A stretch of 64,000 nucleotides of DNA from Haliotis rufescens (GCF_023055435.1 NW_025964001.1:29078001-29142000); one strand, 5' to 3'; shown: positions 12,230-24,237, counted from the stretch's first letter. Made by a program: numbers and translations. The notes: generated by a model not told the origin, from the letters alone.

Positions 12230-14340
12230 GACTATATCAAGCATGTGTTATTGAATCACTATCAAAAAGTGATGATACCAGGTGTTTACGAAAAGGTAAC
12301 GTATCACGCCCCACCGACGTACTTTGGTATTTTTGAAGAAAGAACATGCTCGGTTTTGTAATATTACTTGACATAAAAGGGACATAGAACGCACCATTCT
12401 TGTCGCACAGTCGTGTGAGTATTTTTGTCGCATTGATCTAAATATGAAACAGATACGGCGATTTCACTGGTCTCATATTTCAAGATCAGGGAAACGTCTA
12501 CTTGACATTTAATGAACGATATCCGGTCATCGACATACCTGAAGCTTAAGCTGTAGTATTGATTTTGCTATTCTGACTTATAAAGAGTCAGGTCGGCAAG
12601 GAGGGCAGCACCATTGGTTCCCATGGAGTTGGCTACTTCGTGTCGAAATTTTATGTCCCCAAATTTCATAAAGATGTTATCTTTGAGGAAGTCCACCATT
12701 TCACATATTGTTTTCTCAGTAGACTTCAGATCACATTTGCTTTCATATTTGACAAATTGTCCTCAACCTGAAATTAGATATGAAATTGCGGTTAATTCCA
12801 TTTGTCTCATATACTTTCTGTGAATATAAAGACAGTCCTTTGGTGATAGTATGAAGGATTATAGTTAATGTTTGAGACAAGAATTTTGTTGGTATATTTT
12901 CAGGACGCAGCAACATCTCTTTGGAATCTAGCACAAAAAGGATTGGATGTGTTTTCAGGTTTTCGAGTCCAAATGTTTGTAGTAGTGATGCGTGATTTGG
13001 CAGATTTCTTCCCTAGTGAACATACTTGCCTTATATGTGACAAATATTGTATGTGTTACTTGTACCAAGTTCTTTGATCAAATAATTGAGTTCTTATCAT
13101 ATATAAAACTGAGGTACAGCTCTGTTCCAAAAGTAACTTTAAACATTGAATATGTTAATGTTTCGGTGCCGCTATGCCAATCATGTTCATATATATATAC
13201 TTTAGGCGTGAAATGAATTCTGATAAAAAGATTTTGAATGGCGAATATGCTGCTGTTGCCTGATATGGGTTTTTTTGTTGTTGTTGTTTAACGACGCACT
13301 CAACAATATTCCAGCTATATAAAGGCGGTCTGTAAATACTCAAGTCTTGACCAGACAATCCAGTGATTTATATCATGAGCATCGATCCACGCAATTAGGA
13401 TACGACGATATACATCAACCAAGTCACCGAGCCTGACCACCCGATCCCTTTGGTCGCCTCTTGCGACAAGCATAGTCGCCTTTTGTCCGAAGCTAAATCT
13501 AATCAGGGTATATTAGAATTTGCAAGTTTGTCGAGTGGGATTGTTGAACAATTTATTTGATATGTCATTTATACCAAGGTTGTTGTTTTTTATCAAACAA
13601 TAGATGCTTACATTATAATGGTTATGTTAAGTTTAGGCTTTGTCAAGGGGACAACAGTTACTGCAAACTGTTCATGTTGGACAGCCAGGCTTTGGATGAC
13701 GGCTGCCTGGGATAGAATGAGTTTATTCTATTCAATTGTTGTGTTTCCTTTTCCAGTTTGTGCATTCTTCCAATGATCACACTCCAAAATGCCTTAACTC
13801 AATCCGAAAAACATCCATCCGGTTCATCTTCTCCTTTGGTCCATTTTTAGCATCCCCTTTGACAGGATCCATAGGAATATTAAAGTAAGAGGGTGGTAGC
13901 AGGCTGATATTTGGAGACATTTGAGTAACTGACGATTATCTGCCAAAACAGATTCCATAGGAAGTAAAAGGCAAAATAACGGTGAAAATGATACGTGTAG
14001 ATCAATTCCCTTGTTTGCAAATTTCCAATTCAGGGAAATGCGATCTTTTGTGATTTAGTGGAGTCTGTTTCGGATTTGGCCAAATGTTTCAAAGAAATAT
14101 CAAAACTATACTCTCTAGTCGATACTGTGGGTTCTTACTCACATGCTGGAGTCGTTTGATTTCCTTCAACGACACACAGTATAACCTTGTTCTTACTTTC
14201 TGCAGCCCCAATAGTTACTGAAGGAGGGTCAACTAATCTTCCAAATCCATGGTACCATTTGGCCTTCGTCCTTTCCTATGGCTGCGGTGGCGTCATTGGG
14301 ATGCCGGAAAAAGACTAAATAAGTTGACGGTACGTCGATG
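12230..14340 (-). mobile_element. Large decayed Penelope-like element
   Basis: Minus-strand remnants KNGPK..EP (~13850), VVP.DKA (~13660), PMGTN.A.LLADL.LY (~12625) and RT catalytic FRYVDD (~12545-12526). Interrupted by a SINE; boundaries approximate. Confidence 0.7.
13268..13484 (-). mobile_element. SINE family 2, 5'-truncated
   Basis: Reverse match to 7900-8126. Confidence 0.88.
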
Positions 14341-15375
14341 GGAAAGTTAAGAATTATATCCACACTACGTAAGGTATTGTATATAAACAATTAAAATATA
14401 TCCATCTATAAAACTCCCAGGCCCACTGTAAGCTCGCATAATGATATCGTAACACAAAATCTATTTCCACAATAGTACAAACATGAAAGTAAATTGGCAT
14501 GAGCAGAAATTTACGTTTGTGGAAGTAAATCAGTAAAAGGGCATCCTGCTCTATGTAAATGTCTCTCCACAAAGACACTTTACTATTAACAACAGTTTGT
14601 GTACGTTGCCTTTAAGCCATGAAGAGGAGAACATTACGATTCACAATTAATCAGACTTTAACATGATGTTAAGTTGAATCGGTTTCATTCAATAATGTAG
14701 TGATGGATGGACGTGTATTGGAAGAATCTTCGTTTCGCCTTTTATCATTGTCATATAGGTTATATTTTATATTTGACCCTTTGGTTTAGAAATATTTAGA
14801 CAATCTAATACTTGTATCATTAGAGCATACCATTTATTATATGATATTATTCCGACGATCCTTTTGTTAAACAATTAAATTTGTAATATGTTATTGTTAA
14901 TTGAGTGATACCATCAATTAACCGACTTGTATAATCTTGCCTTTTACATTTGATACATAATATATATGTACTTGCTTTACAGAGCGATATTTATCACTTA
15001 GAGATGAACCTACTGTGTTTTGAGAATCTGAGGTAGTTACACAATAGAGTAGATGCTTCTTGATTTGGAACAGTGCGCTTTAGGATAATGCCATCGAAAT
15101 CAACTTAAAACGTTTAGGTAAATATAATTGCATGTTAAGGTGAATAATATTCTTCAAATTTCAACATGCCCAATTCTGCGACAACTAATTTGTTGCCTTT
15201 AGCATTGCCTTGAAGGTTTATATTGACATATATAAACTTCATATAATATTATTACTAACCTTTTACTGATATTCATGTCCTCCGCAATGATAATACATGA
15301 TTCTACTTAACAAAATAGGGAATGGTTTATTGACGGTTTATTCAATAGCTACCATGTATGTACATTGTAAATAAT

Positions 15376-15540
15376 GAGTGAGTGAGTATGGTTTTTACGC
15401 CGCTTTTAGCAATATTCCAGCAATATCACGGCGGGGGACACCAGAAATGGGCTTCACACATTGTACCCATGTCGGGAATCGAACCCGGGTCTTGGGCGTG
15501 ACGAGCGAACGCTTTAACCACTAGGCTACCCGACCGCCCC
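15376..15540 (-). mobile_element. tRNA-derived SINE family 1, full length
   Basis: A box TAGCCTAGTGG, B box GGTTCGATTCC, (ACTC)n tail. TSD TGTAAATAAT (15366-15375, 15541-15550). Confidence 0.95.
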
Positions 15541-15938
15541 TGTAAATAATGTATTTATGTCTCTTTTGTATTTTGTCCCAGAGGTTTTAGTTCTATTAAC
15601 ATGACTGATATATACATCCTGTTCAAGCTGGAGGTGAAATGACTCTCTTTCCACAATTTTCATCTTTAAGAAATAGTTTAAGAAAATAGTAATTTCTTTG
15701 CTTCATAAAAATCCTATTATGTCTCCTGTATGTAAATATCTAAGTGATTGATCGGAGTCAATTTTATGACATCAAAACAGATGTTTCAAACATGGCTGTT
15801 GTCAACTTGCCCTGTGGCACCCAATAACGACTCAACTGATGACGTTCAATGAGACTCCTGGGCTTAAGTAATTCGCTCAGGTTAACACATTATATCAGTA
15901 AATCCTGTGCTATGACGCAGTGAGTTTTATCAGTTATT

Positions 15939-17800
15939 GAAGAAGAAGAAGAAGAAGAATATTTTATTATAGTGTCACCCGCTGTACATATAAAATGACA
16001 AGGCAAGATGTAAAACTTCAGCGGCCGGCCAAAATGGCCTACGAGACACTAAAAGACTCATAAAAACATTATTTTATATATGTACACACCACATTTAATA
16101 GCAATTATGAAAATAACATTCATAATATTATCCCCCATACAAAAATCCTATATACACACAACCACATCCATTCCCACATCCAGACCTTCACTCACATCAG
16201 CTTACGCAAACCACGCAAACACACCCGCACATTCAGACACACCCAAACCCTCATTGACATCACTTCAATCACATCCGAACCCTCACCGTCACAAATCACT
16301 CTCACACACACCCTATTTCTTAAACACACCCTCACCTGTATCCGTTCCCGCATCCACACCAACTCCCTCATCCGCACCCATCAACCACGTCCTCACTCGC
16401 ATCCTCATCCCTCCCCGTCTCCACAAAAAAGAAGCACCAACCACGCACAAAGACACCAACAAAGTAACAATCTACCGCCGCATACACACACTCCCTCCCA
16501 ACGACCCCCCCCCCCCCCCCCCCCACCCCCACCCCACACACACACACACATACAACATGAAACAAGCACCCATCACAACCTCTCGGGCCAGCCACCCATC
16601 ACAACCCCCACACATCAACCCTACAACACAGCAAAACATGATAGATGATAAGAATTATCACACGCACACAACTACCCAGTTTATTGTTTTATATATTTTC
16701 TTCTCCGATACATTGAGAAGATTAATGCAGCAAGTGGTTTAACCAGTTCGTCGCACTGCATTAAGAATACGGTTTGGTCTGCCGGAGACATCGTAATAAA
16801 CGAGGGGTTAATAAGGGATACTTTCTGCCAAAGATTAAGTCTTAGCTCTCTATAACAGTCACACGTTACCAAAAAGTGAACTTCATCTTCAACAGTTTGG
16901 CCGTTACATAGTTTACAGACGCGTTCAGAAACAGGGGTTTTCGGGCGTGTATAACGACCTCTTTCTAATTCTAAGGGTAAAGTTCCACAGCGAAGTTTAG
17001 CTAAAGTGCTTCGTCGTGATCTATCCAGAATATGGCGTACATAAAATGAAACATTCAGTGTATTTTTAAACAATCTAAACGTTCTAAGCTTATTGCCTGT
17101 AGTATGGCCAGTGTCATTCCAAACTCCACGCAACCAGTTTTCTCTGTCAAGTTCTATCAGTTTTGATTTCAAAATTTGGAAATCTATATTACCAATATTA
17201 TAGAGATCCAAAAATGGTAGATCAAAAGAACCAAACATTCTTACAACTCTGCTGTCCCAGGACTTTCGGTATGACAGAGACCAATTTCTGATACGAGCTA
17301 TAATTCTCTGCGGGGGAGCTGAATTCAACTTCTTCCAGAAACGCACAACTTCGATTTTATGTTTAGTAATAATCGATGACCAACCCATCTCCCCTCTTAC
17401 GGCCAAATTAGAAGTAGTTTTTCCTACACCCAAGAAAAAGCGGCACGCTCTATTTTGGATGGCATTTATGCAACTAAATTCTCTGGTTCCCCAAATTGCT
17501 GCACCATACGTTAAGATAGGTTGTACAAGATTGTCATACAAAGTACTGAAAACATCATAGGTCATTCCTCCAACTAATTTAAATTTACTAATAATTACAC
17601 TGAGGGCTCTTCCGGCAGATTTAGCAATTTGTTTAGCTGTGAAATTTAAATCTAGGTGTTCCTGGAGCCAAAGTCCCAAATATTTATATGCATTACAAAT
17701 TTCAATATTCTCTCCTCCACAGTGAAAACTGACACTGGAACGCGTAACAGACTGCTGTCTATAATGGACAATTTTAGTTTTTTTGGTATTAATTTGAAGA
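15939..17800 (-). mobile_element. 5'-truncated non-LTR retrotransposon (RTE-X-like), ORF2 C-terminus plus GT-rich 3' UTR
   Basis: ORF 16681-17679 reads YKYLG...KLRTFRLFK...LAKLRCGTLPLELERGRY...ERVCKLC..VEDEVHFLVTC (CCHC). Ends AATAAA followed by (TTC)n. Confidence 0.9.
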
Positions 17801-18079
17801 CGCCATCGTCTGCACCAATTATCAACGCTATTACTCGAGTTAGGTAAAAAGACACAAAGAGCCTTTGACGCTTATTGTTATACAGCGTGCTTTATAGCCC
17901 ACTTACAAGGCGATGGTGTCATTTGTTTACAACGCGCCCATAATGGTAGGCTGTGGGAGATCTGGATTTAGTGACGTTACTCATTGTATGGTGACAGTTG
18001 AATCCAGCTCTATTGCGTCTACGTTCACAAGCCGCTTATATCATTTAGCCTTAGAGCTTTAATAATACATTTTAAAAGT

Positions 18080-18690
18080 TGAAAAATGCAACGTACAGAG
18101 ATTTACAGCTAAATTTAGATGTGGTACCCTCCCTCTGGAAATTGAACTCGGTCGTTTCTTGAAACCAAAAATTCCCTTACATAATCGTATTTGTAAACAC
18201 TGTAATACAAACAGTTATGTTTGGGGTTATGCCTCGTCTCTTTGCCCAAAATTTTGTCTCATGACCCCTATAGATCAAACCACATTCCTTATGAAGTGCG
18301 ATAATTTATCCTATTCTGTAGCTGCACTAATTAAATCCATGTACAAACGTAGGTTATATAACAACGATTCATAAACCCATTCCAGTATTGTATGCCTCTG
18401 TATATTTTATATTTGAGAAAACATGTAATTGTATGGCAATGCTTGTCATAAATGTACGAGCATTATACTTTTATCTCGTATTTTGTGCACCATTAACAAA
18501 TAAACCACTGTCCACTATAACTATTTTAGCACTTGCGGTGCTTTTAAGAACATTAGTGTCTAATAGGCCCACGCTGGCCGGGCGATGTATATCTTTTAAT
18601 ATATTTTACCTCTTGTATAAATTGAAGTAATTTTATGTATACACCGCTGGACACTTAAATAAACTATTTTTCTTCTTCTTCTCTTTCTCT
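18080..18690 (+). mobile_element. Degenerate 3' fragment of a related RTE-X-like LINE
   Basis: AKFRCGTLPLEIELGRF..RICKHC. 3' UTR motif TAGTGTCT..TAGGCC..GGCCG shared with 16020-16050. AATAAA followed by (TTC)n. Confidence 0.85.
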
Positions 18691-19949
18691 TTAAATTTGA
18701 AGATGATGAGCGGTATAATAAATGTATTAAAATACAATATGCGTATAACACTTGACAGCCTTCACAGAAAGATACGTGGAAAATAAAGATTTATTGAAAT
18801 GTTATAAAAACGTACGAACGTAAATTTCAGTCTTTACTTTTCACCTCATCAATGTATGGTACCAAGAAGGAAATAAACGATAAATAGTCGAAAGAAACAA
18901 TATATTAGCCTTTGTATGTGCATCCTCCTTGGTAATCTGCTCCTCTCGGTTGATTTTATTATGTTTCATTTTCATTTAAGAATAGCTTTTTGACCGTCAA
19001 AGAATACTTCTACATTGCTTCAAAACAAACAACTTATAACAATCAAGTTAAACAACCGTTCTTTTAATTTACATAAACGTATCCGGGGTAAATGTTTGCT
19101 TCTCCGTTTGTTACCCTGAAACAATGTATTCAACCGATAACGGTTTCGTACAATATTTTAACTGAGAGCGAGATATCCCTATGTTCTGAAACTTTGATCT
19201 ATCATGAAGTGATATCCACTCATGATCACTTCACAGGGCGTTTTCACACATATCAAGCATCCTGTGTCAAATAATTTCCGCCAGCATCCAGCAGGTCTAA
19301 TCATCAATAACCAACGTATCCGTCTTAGATTGTTGTTTAATTGCACATGCCATCTTGACAGGCATCAATACACCGACGTAATCCACTCATGTAGATTGCT
19401 TGTGGTGTCAATTAATTTCTGACTGATCACGGGGAGCGCAAGGGTCATTAATCACAATTTTCCTTGGCATGCAGATTACGTCATGAAGTTTACGCCTTTA
19501 TGTATTGTTCGGACTAATTTTTTCAAAAAAGTAAATACAAACTTATTTTTCAGAAATTGTCTGGAATGATTTACATGCCACACAGCTCCAAAACATAATG
19601 TGAGGTTTCTAAAACAAAAGATACTGGAGCAATGTAAATCGAAAATATATTTGACGTGTTGAAAGTATACCGGTACGATAAGACATGTAAAGATAGTGTA
19701 TCGGGGTAAAATGAAACTTTTGAGACTTACAGTTAACAATGTCCACATCTTTTTATCATTCATAGTTTAGTATTTCTCCCAATAATGGGCTTTCTTCGAC
19801 GTGCTCTAGAATATTAAATGCGGTAACAGATTAATTACAAAACTTCAATACATCTTATCATCAGAGGACACGTATAACATTTCCACAAATAGCGAAATCA
19901 TTCACAATTCCAAATAGTTCAGGACGTTGTAGTGCTACCACCTGCAGAA

Positions 19950-20050
19950 TCAATCATTGGCTTGTCTGGTCAAGACTCGATCATTTTTCAGACCGCTGTC
20001 ATATAGCTGGAATATTGCTGAGTGCGGCGTTTAAAAACAAACAAACAAAA
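19950..20050 (+). mobile_element. SINE family 2, 3' fragment
   Basis: TTGTCTGGTC..GACTCG..ATATAGCTGGAATATTGCTGAGTGCGGCG followed by (CAAA)n. Confidence 0.85.
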
Positions 20051-20610
20051 CTACCCTGCAGCGCATATGAACACATTTTTCAAGCCTATATCACAGTATT
20101 TGATATAATGTGGCGTGTTTGATTTTGTAGATTTAAAATGACGAATGACTTGTTGGTTCTTTCACTAAATGTAGGAAGAATTTCATAAACATACCGTGCT
20201 CGACATAATAGGTCGAATCTGGTAATAAAGAAGGTTTTAGGTAATTCCAAACATACTCTATGTTAAAGAATCGCTTCTCTGATAGAAGTTTGGGGACAGT
20301 GTCGTTCATAACAAAATCAAGGTGCATTAACTGTAATTCTCAATATTCTCCAAATATTTGAAACATATTCCACAATTCTCAATCTTTTCCACGTGATAGT
20401 AATTGTAATGTGTTCTGTTGACTTATATAAAGAATTGACTAGGTATTGTGACTTAATGTGTTGGGTCCAAACCACTATCAGAGAAGTCCAGATGAAGTCC
20501 AGGGATTTCTCTGAAACACACGCACAATCTTTCATATGAAAATTATATGTAAAAATAATTTGACAAATATTTATAAGGGACGTATCTTCAGTAAGTTTCA
20601 TAGCTGAAGA

Positions 20611-20754
20611 AGTGAGTGAGTGATATGCGTTTCTGTGCAAGCAATATTCCAGCAATATCACGGCTTTACACGCAGTACGTGTGCATGTATGGGGTGAATC
20701 GAACCCGGGCCTTCTGGGTTACTAGCCAACGCTTTAAACATCAGGCTACGCCCC
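20611..20754 (-). mobile_element. SINE family 1, degenerate
   Basis: Reverse B box GAATCGAACCC, tail GCAATATTCCAGCAATATCACGGC, (GAGT)n. Confidence 0.8.
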
Positions 20755-21210
20755 CATAGACAGAGACACCGCCAACAGAAAACAAATGAAAAATCAAATG
20801 CCATCCTTACACAGGGAAGACGCGATAACCCAAATTAAAAAATAATACTTTTGTAGTCTCACCAGAACTTAATACCCATGGGTGAAGCATTAAATCAACA
20901 AAGCCAGCTATTTACTACGATTACACAGCGGTGAATTGAAAGCGTTTCAACGTGTGAATAATTACAACCTCCTCGTATAAATTGCCAGACAAAAACAACA
21001 TCAAAGCTGATTTGTAATCCGCGAGTATTTCACAGGTATTGTCAAACAAACACCCCGGGGTATACAAGTATTCAACCTCGGGGGATTGGAAGGGGACGGG
21101 GTGGGGGTGCGTGAGGCAATACATCGTGTCATTTATGTTAATCATCAGTCACACAATGGGCACCGCTGTGGGTAATTCTAACCGGCGCGCCATGGTTGAT
21201 TAAATCCTCC

Positions 21211-21333
21211 ATTGATTGGATGAGTACAGTCGGTCCCAAGTGATTTGATTGGACGCTGCCACAGTGAGTCTTAGTGACCTGAGTGACACGAGGGGTATAA
21301 AGTGACGTGATGTAATCGGTTGTGCCATCATTC
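21211..21333 (+). promoter_or_regulatory. Core promoter of C: two inverted CCAAT boxes, TATA box, Inr-like site
   Basis: ATTGG at 21215 and 21248 (33 bp apart), TATAAAG at 21296, CCATCATTC about 30 bp further downstream. Confidence 0.7.
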
Positions 21334-21354
21334 ATACCCAGTATCACGATTACC

Positions 21355-22131
21355 ATGATGGACGTACCTCCCCACCTGCTTCAACCTCTGTGTATCGACA
21401 CCAACATCACCTACGAACTGGATATGTCCAAGTTCCCAGGTCTGGATGACCCACAACATATGTACCAGCCTGCTCTGTTGATAGCCACTGACTGGAGCGA
21501 CTACCATGAAGCACAACTTGTCACACATGACGCCGATGTTCCCGAGGATGACTTATACTCTCTCATAGGTATGTGTCTATCAAATCTATTAAATTGCATG
21601 AATCAGAAACATTTAAGTGTATCTTATACAATCCTTCAGCCAGTATTATTATGCAAAGGTTATGCAAATATTTCAGCTAAATCTAAATCTAGATATATCT
21701 AATCTAAATCATTACCAGATATTGCAAAACATATTGTTGTATATTATATATACTTATATCTGCATTGTTATTTTTCAGAATCCAGTCAGGTCCTGTTCCC
21801 GGAATTTACAGATTCAAGCAGTGATGAAAATGCCAATTTCGAAGCTCTCTTGGATGAAGTGATCTCCTCAACGGCATCTTGCGGCAACCTTTGGGATGAA
21901 TCAGATTTCACTTTGTCGGATTTAAAATCCTCAACAGACTGTTGTTACCAATCAGAGTTATCGCCCCTAGGCGGAAGGGGCCAGAAGCGACGTCATTCCA
22001 GTGATACTGACCATTTGTATACCAGCAAGAAATACAGAATGACAGAAGTTGACACGCATACAGCAATGCTCCCATCGCTTGTTTCTGTGTACCCAACTTC
22101 CAATAATTGCATCTTTGGAAGAGATTCATAG
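21355..22131 (+). CDS. Paralogue C, join(21355..21568, 21779..22131), ~188 aa
   Basis: ACCATG start. QPLCIDTNITYELDMSKFPGLDDPQHMYQPALLIATDWSDY. ATAG|GTATGT and TTTCAG|AA join in frame. Contains FEALLDEVI and RGQKRR..KKYR; ends PSLVSVYPTSNNCIFGRDS*. ATTAAA at 22338. Confidence 0.9.
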
Positions 22132-22826
22132 ACATTATTGAAACCAAAAAGAGACTTATTACTTGACCTTGTCAAACACGAGATGTGCTATGTTATGTCA
22201 AATCAGAGTTATTATTGAGCAATTTGGTGCCAAGAAATTATTTTCATGCAAATATAACCGTATTACTGATATTTAGTACATAGTGCCAAATCCTGTTACA
22301 CATTTTTACAAATGGTTTTGCTTGTTATATTTGTTGTATTAAAAATGTATATATTCCCCTTTACGCTACTTTCTATTTATGTCCAATCTGTATTACAAAG
22401 GAGTCGACTCTGGTAAAAAGGAGTCCAGCAGCGCAAGATTACCATAATCCGTTTGGTTTAGAACGAATGTGTTGTTAAATGGACTCAGTGGTAGACTAGC
22501 CTGGAGGTCTGTTCTTTATCAAAGCGGTTGACATCACAGTGGGAAATCGACACCCATTCAGCATGAATGCCAACTGCGAACACAGGGAACGGCCGATCAA
22601 CCTACCACCTGGGACGACGTCAGATTGGTACCCATTAACGGGATATCTTGCCGCACATATAAGAATGACCCCCCCCCCCCCCCCAAGTCACTTCACTTAC
22701 ACGTGGCCTCAGTTTGATGCCTTTGTAAAGGCATTGTTATGGCAAGTTGTATTACAAGGGTTATGATGTTCTTGTTTTACATCAGATGGTAAATCATAGT
22801 GGGCCAAATTTGGGAACCGACCACTG

Positions 22827-23500
22827 GTAGTTTCTTATAGATCGTAAGCTTACATCTTATCAAACACCCAATTCCATTCTCGTCCCTACTCTCTAGTCCT
22901 GAAAACAGTACATCAACTTGATGTAAATGTCTGCCAGGAGAACGGAAGGCCGATGGTTTCGTTTCCCTGACCGCGTCATACGAAAGATGGTACTTGTTGT
23001 TGCCCTGACTGCTTCTCGACAAGGGGTAGAAAGCAACCTCATCACATGTACAGCTCTGAAATAAGAGACTTGAGAGAGAGAGATGGTGTTTTTACGTGCG
23101 CTTTCCGACTTAATGCGTATTTCGCACACGGGCCCGCCAGGCCATTTAGTGGTTTTACCGAGTAGGGTATGTCCGAAAAGGGAGGGCATCCTGGGGGACT
23201 TTGCGGTTGGTTGCTTATCTAATTTTGGGGAAATATGAAACTTTGAAGAATGCCGTGCTATAGGTGAGAGACTAAGGGAGTTTGTGTTGTAGTGTTTATT
23301 TTTTTTAAAAAATAGGGTTTAAGCATGGTGATAGCCTGTTATAATTAGGAAAATGCCTTTTGCTGGTCGTTTAGTGGGTTTAGGAGTGTTGCTAGAGATA
23401 TTTGGTTGTTACAGTTTATTGTGGATTTGGGGGTTATTCTGCGTTGTTGGTGGTGTGTGCAGTGTAAAAGTGCGTGTTAAGGTGTTTCTCTTAGGTTACA
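22827..23500 (-). mobile_element. Composite repeat: unclassified block plus I/Nimb-like LINE 3' fragment
   Basis: Collinear with 34645-35280. The 23090-23500 part matches 46700-47140. Confidence 0.7.
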
Positions 23501-24237
23501 GCGAGAGCATCACCTGTGTTGTGTTTTGAACCGATGAAACTTGAACCAGGAATTCCTTGCATAGGGTTCCCGACTTGGCTCGAGGTATCTTTATATGACA
23601 TGCAACAATAAAGGTATGCATAAGCTCAGTGCATATCGAATGTGCATTCGTTATCGCATGACAGGTTACTCAAACAATAGTGTATGATGAATCAGAAATC
23701 TTATTCATGAAACGATCGTAAGATCTATTATTATTATCCCCCAAACCGCCTACTATTTGGGTTCGGCGGTTACATAAAAGGTATCCCACCAATCAATTTT
23801 ATACTTACATGCAAACATTGTTCTCGGACATCAAAGACGACCCGCGAGTTACATGGCAATTTGCTGCAATTCATTGTTGATCTCCCTAATCAACCATCGA
23901 TTAGCACCGCGGTTGCTGATATGTCGTCTTTCTTCCTGTCGACATTGTTTATAGTTTTACGTTTGATATGTTCTTCATTGAATCAGAAACCAAGAAATAT
24001 TACTTAATGACATGGTGTCTGCTTTAGCGGCACATGTACCCAACATCAAAGTAAGTCTCAAAACTTGTCCGTCACAATTGTAGGCTGTATACCTAGGCTG
24101 TATACATTTATACAAGTAACTTATAGCCAGCGATACCATCTTATTCATTTGTTTGATCACGATACATTTGAACGTGAAGCAATGCAGAACGTTGCCTATA
24201 TCGCTGACGCATACTGTCTGTGATGGAGCGTATTATG

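Noticed and set aside
15830-15865. CTGATGA as a hammerhead core (also at ~60157 and ~49624)
   Set aside because: No correctly placed GAAA with stems I and III.
16080-16742. 220-aa Pro/His/Thr-rich ORF
   Set aside because: Antisense reading of the GT-rich LINE 3' UTR including poly-C and (CA)n; a compositional artefact.
16681-17679. Longest ORF (332 aa) as a host gene
   Set aside because: It is the C-terminus of a non-LTR retrotransposon ORF2 with a CCHC motif and a tandem-repeat tail.
21379-21402. QPLxIDT as a calcineurin PxIxIT site, or the family as OCA-B, SERTAD, CITED or Cip/Kip
   Set aside because: The register does not fit PxIxIT, and the diagnostic motifs of those families are absent. 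They are cited only as architectural analogies.
21328-21528. Recurrent antisense ORFs 'MLWVIQTWELG' (also at 410, 54153 and 60724)
   Set aside because: Shadow frames of the conserved module; variable length and no splice or promoter support.
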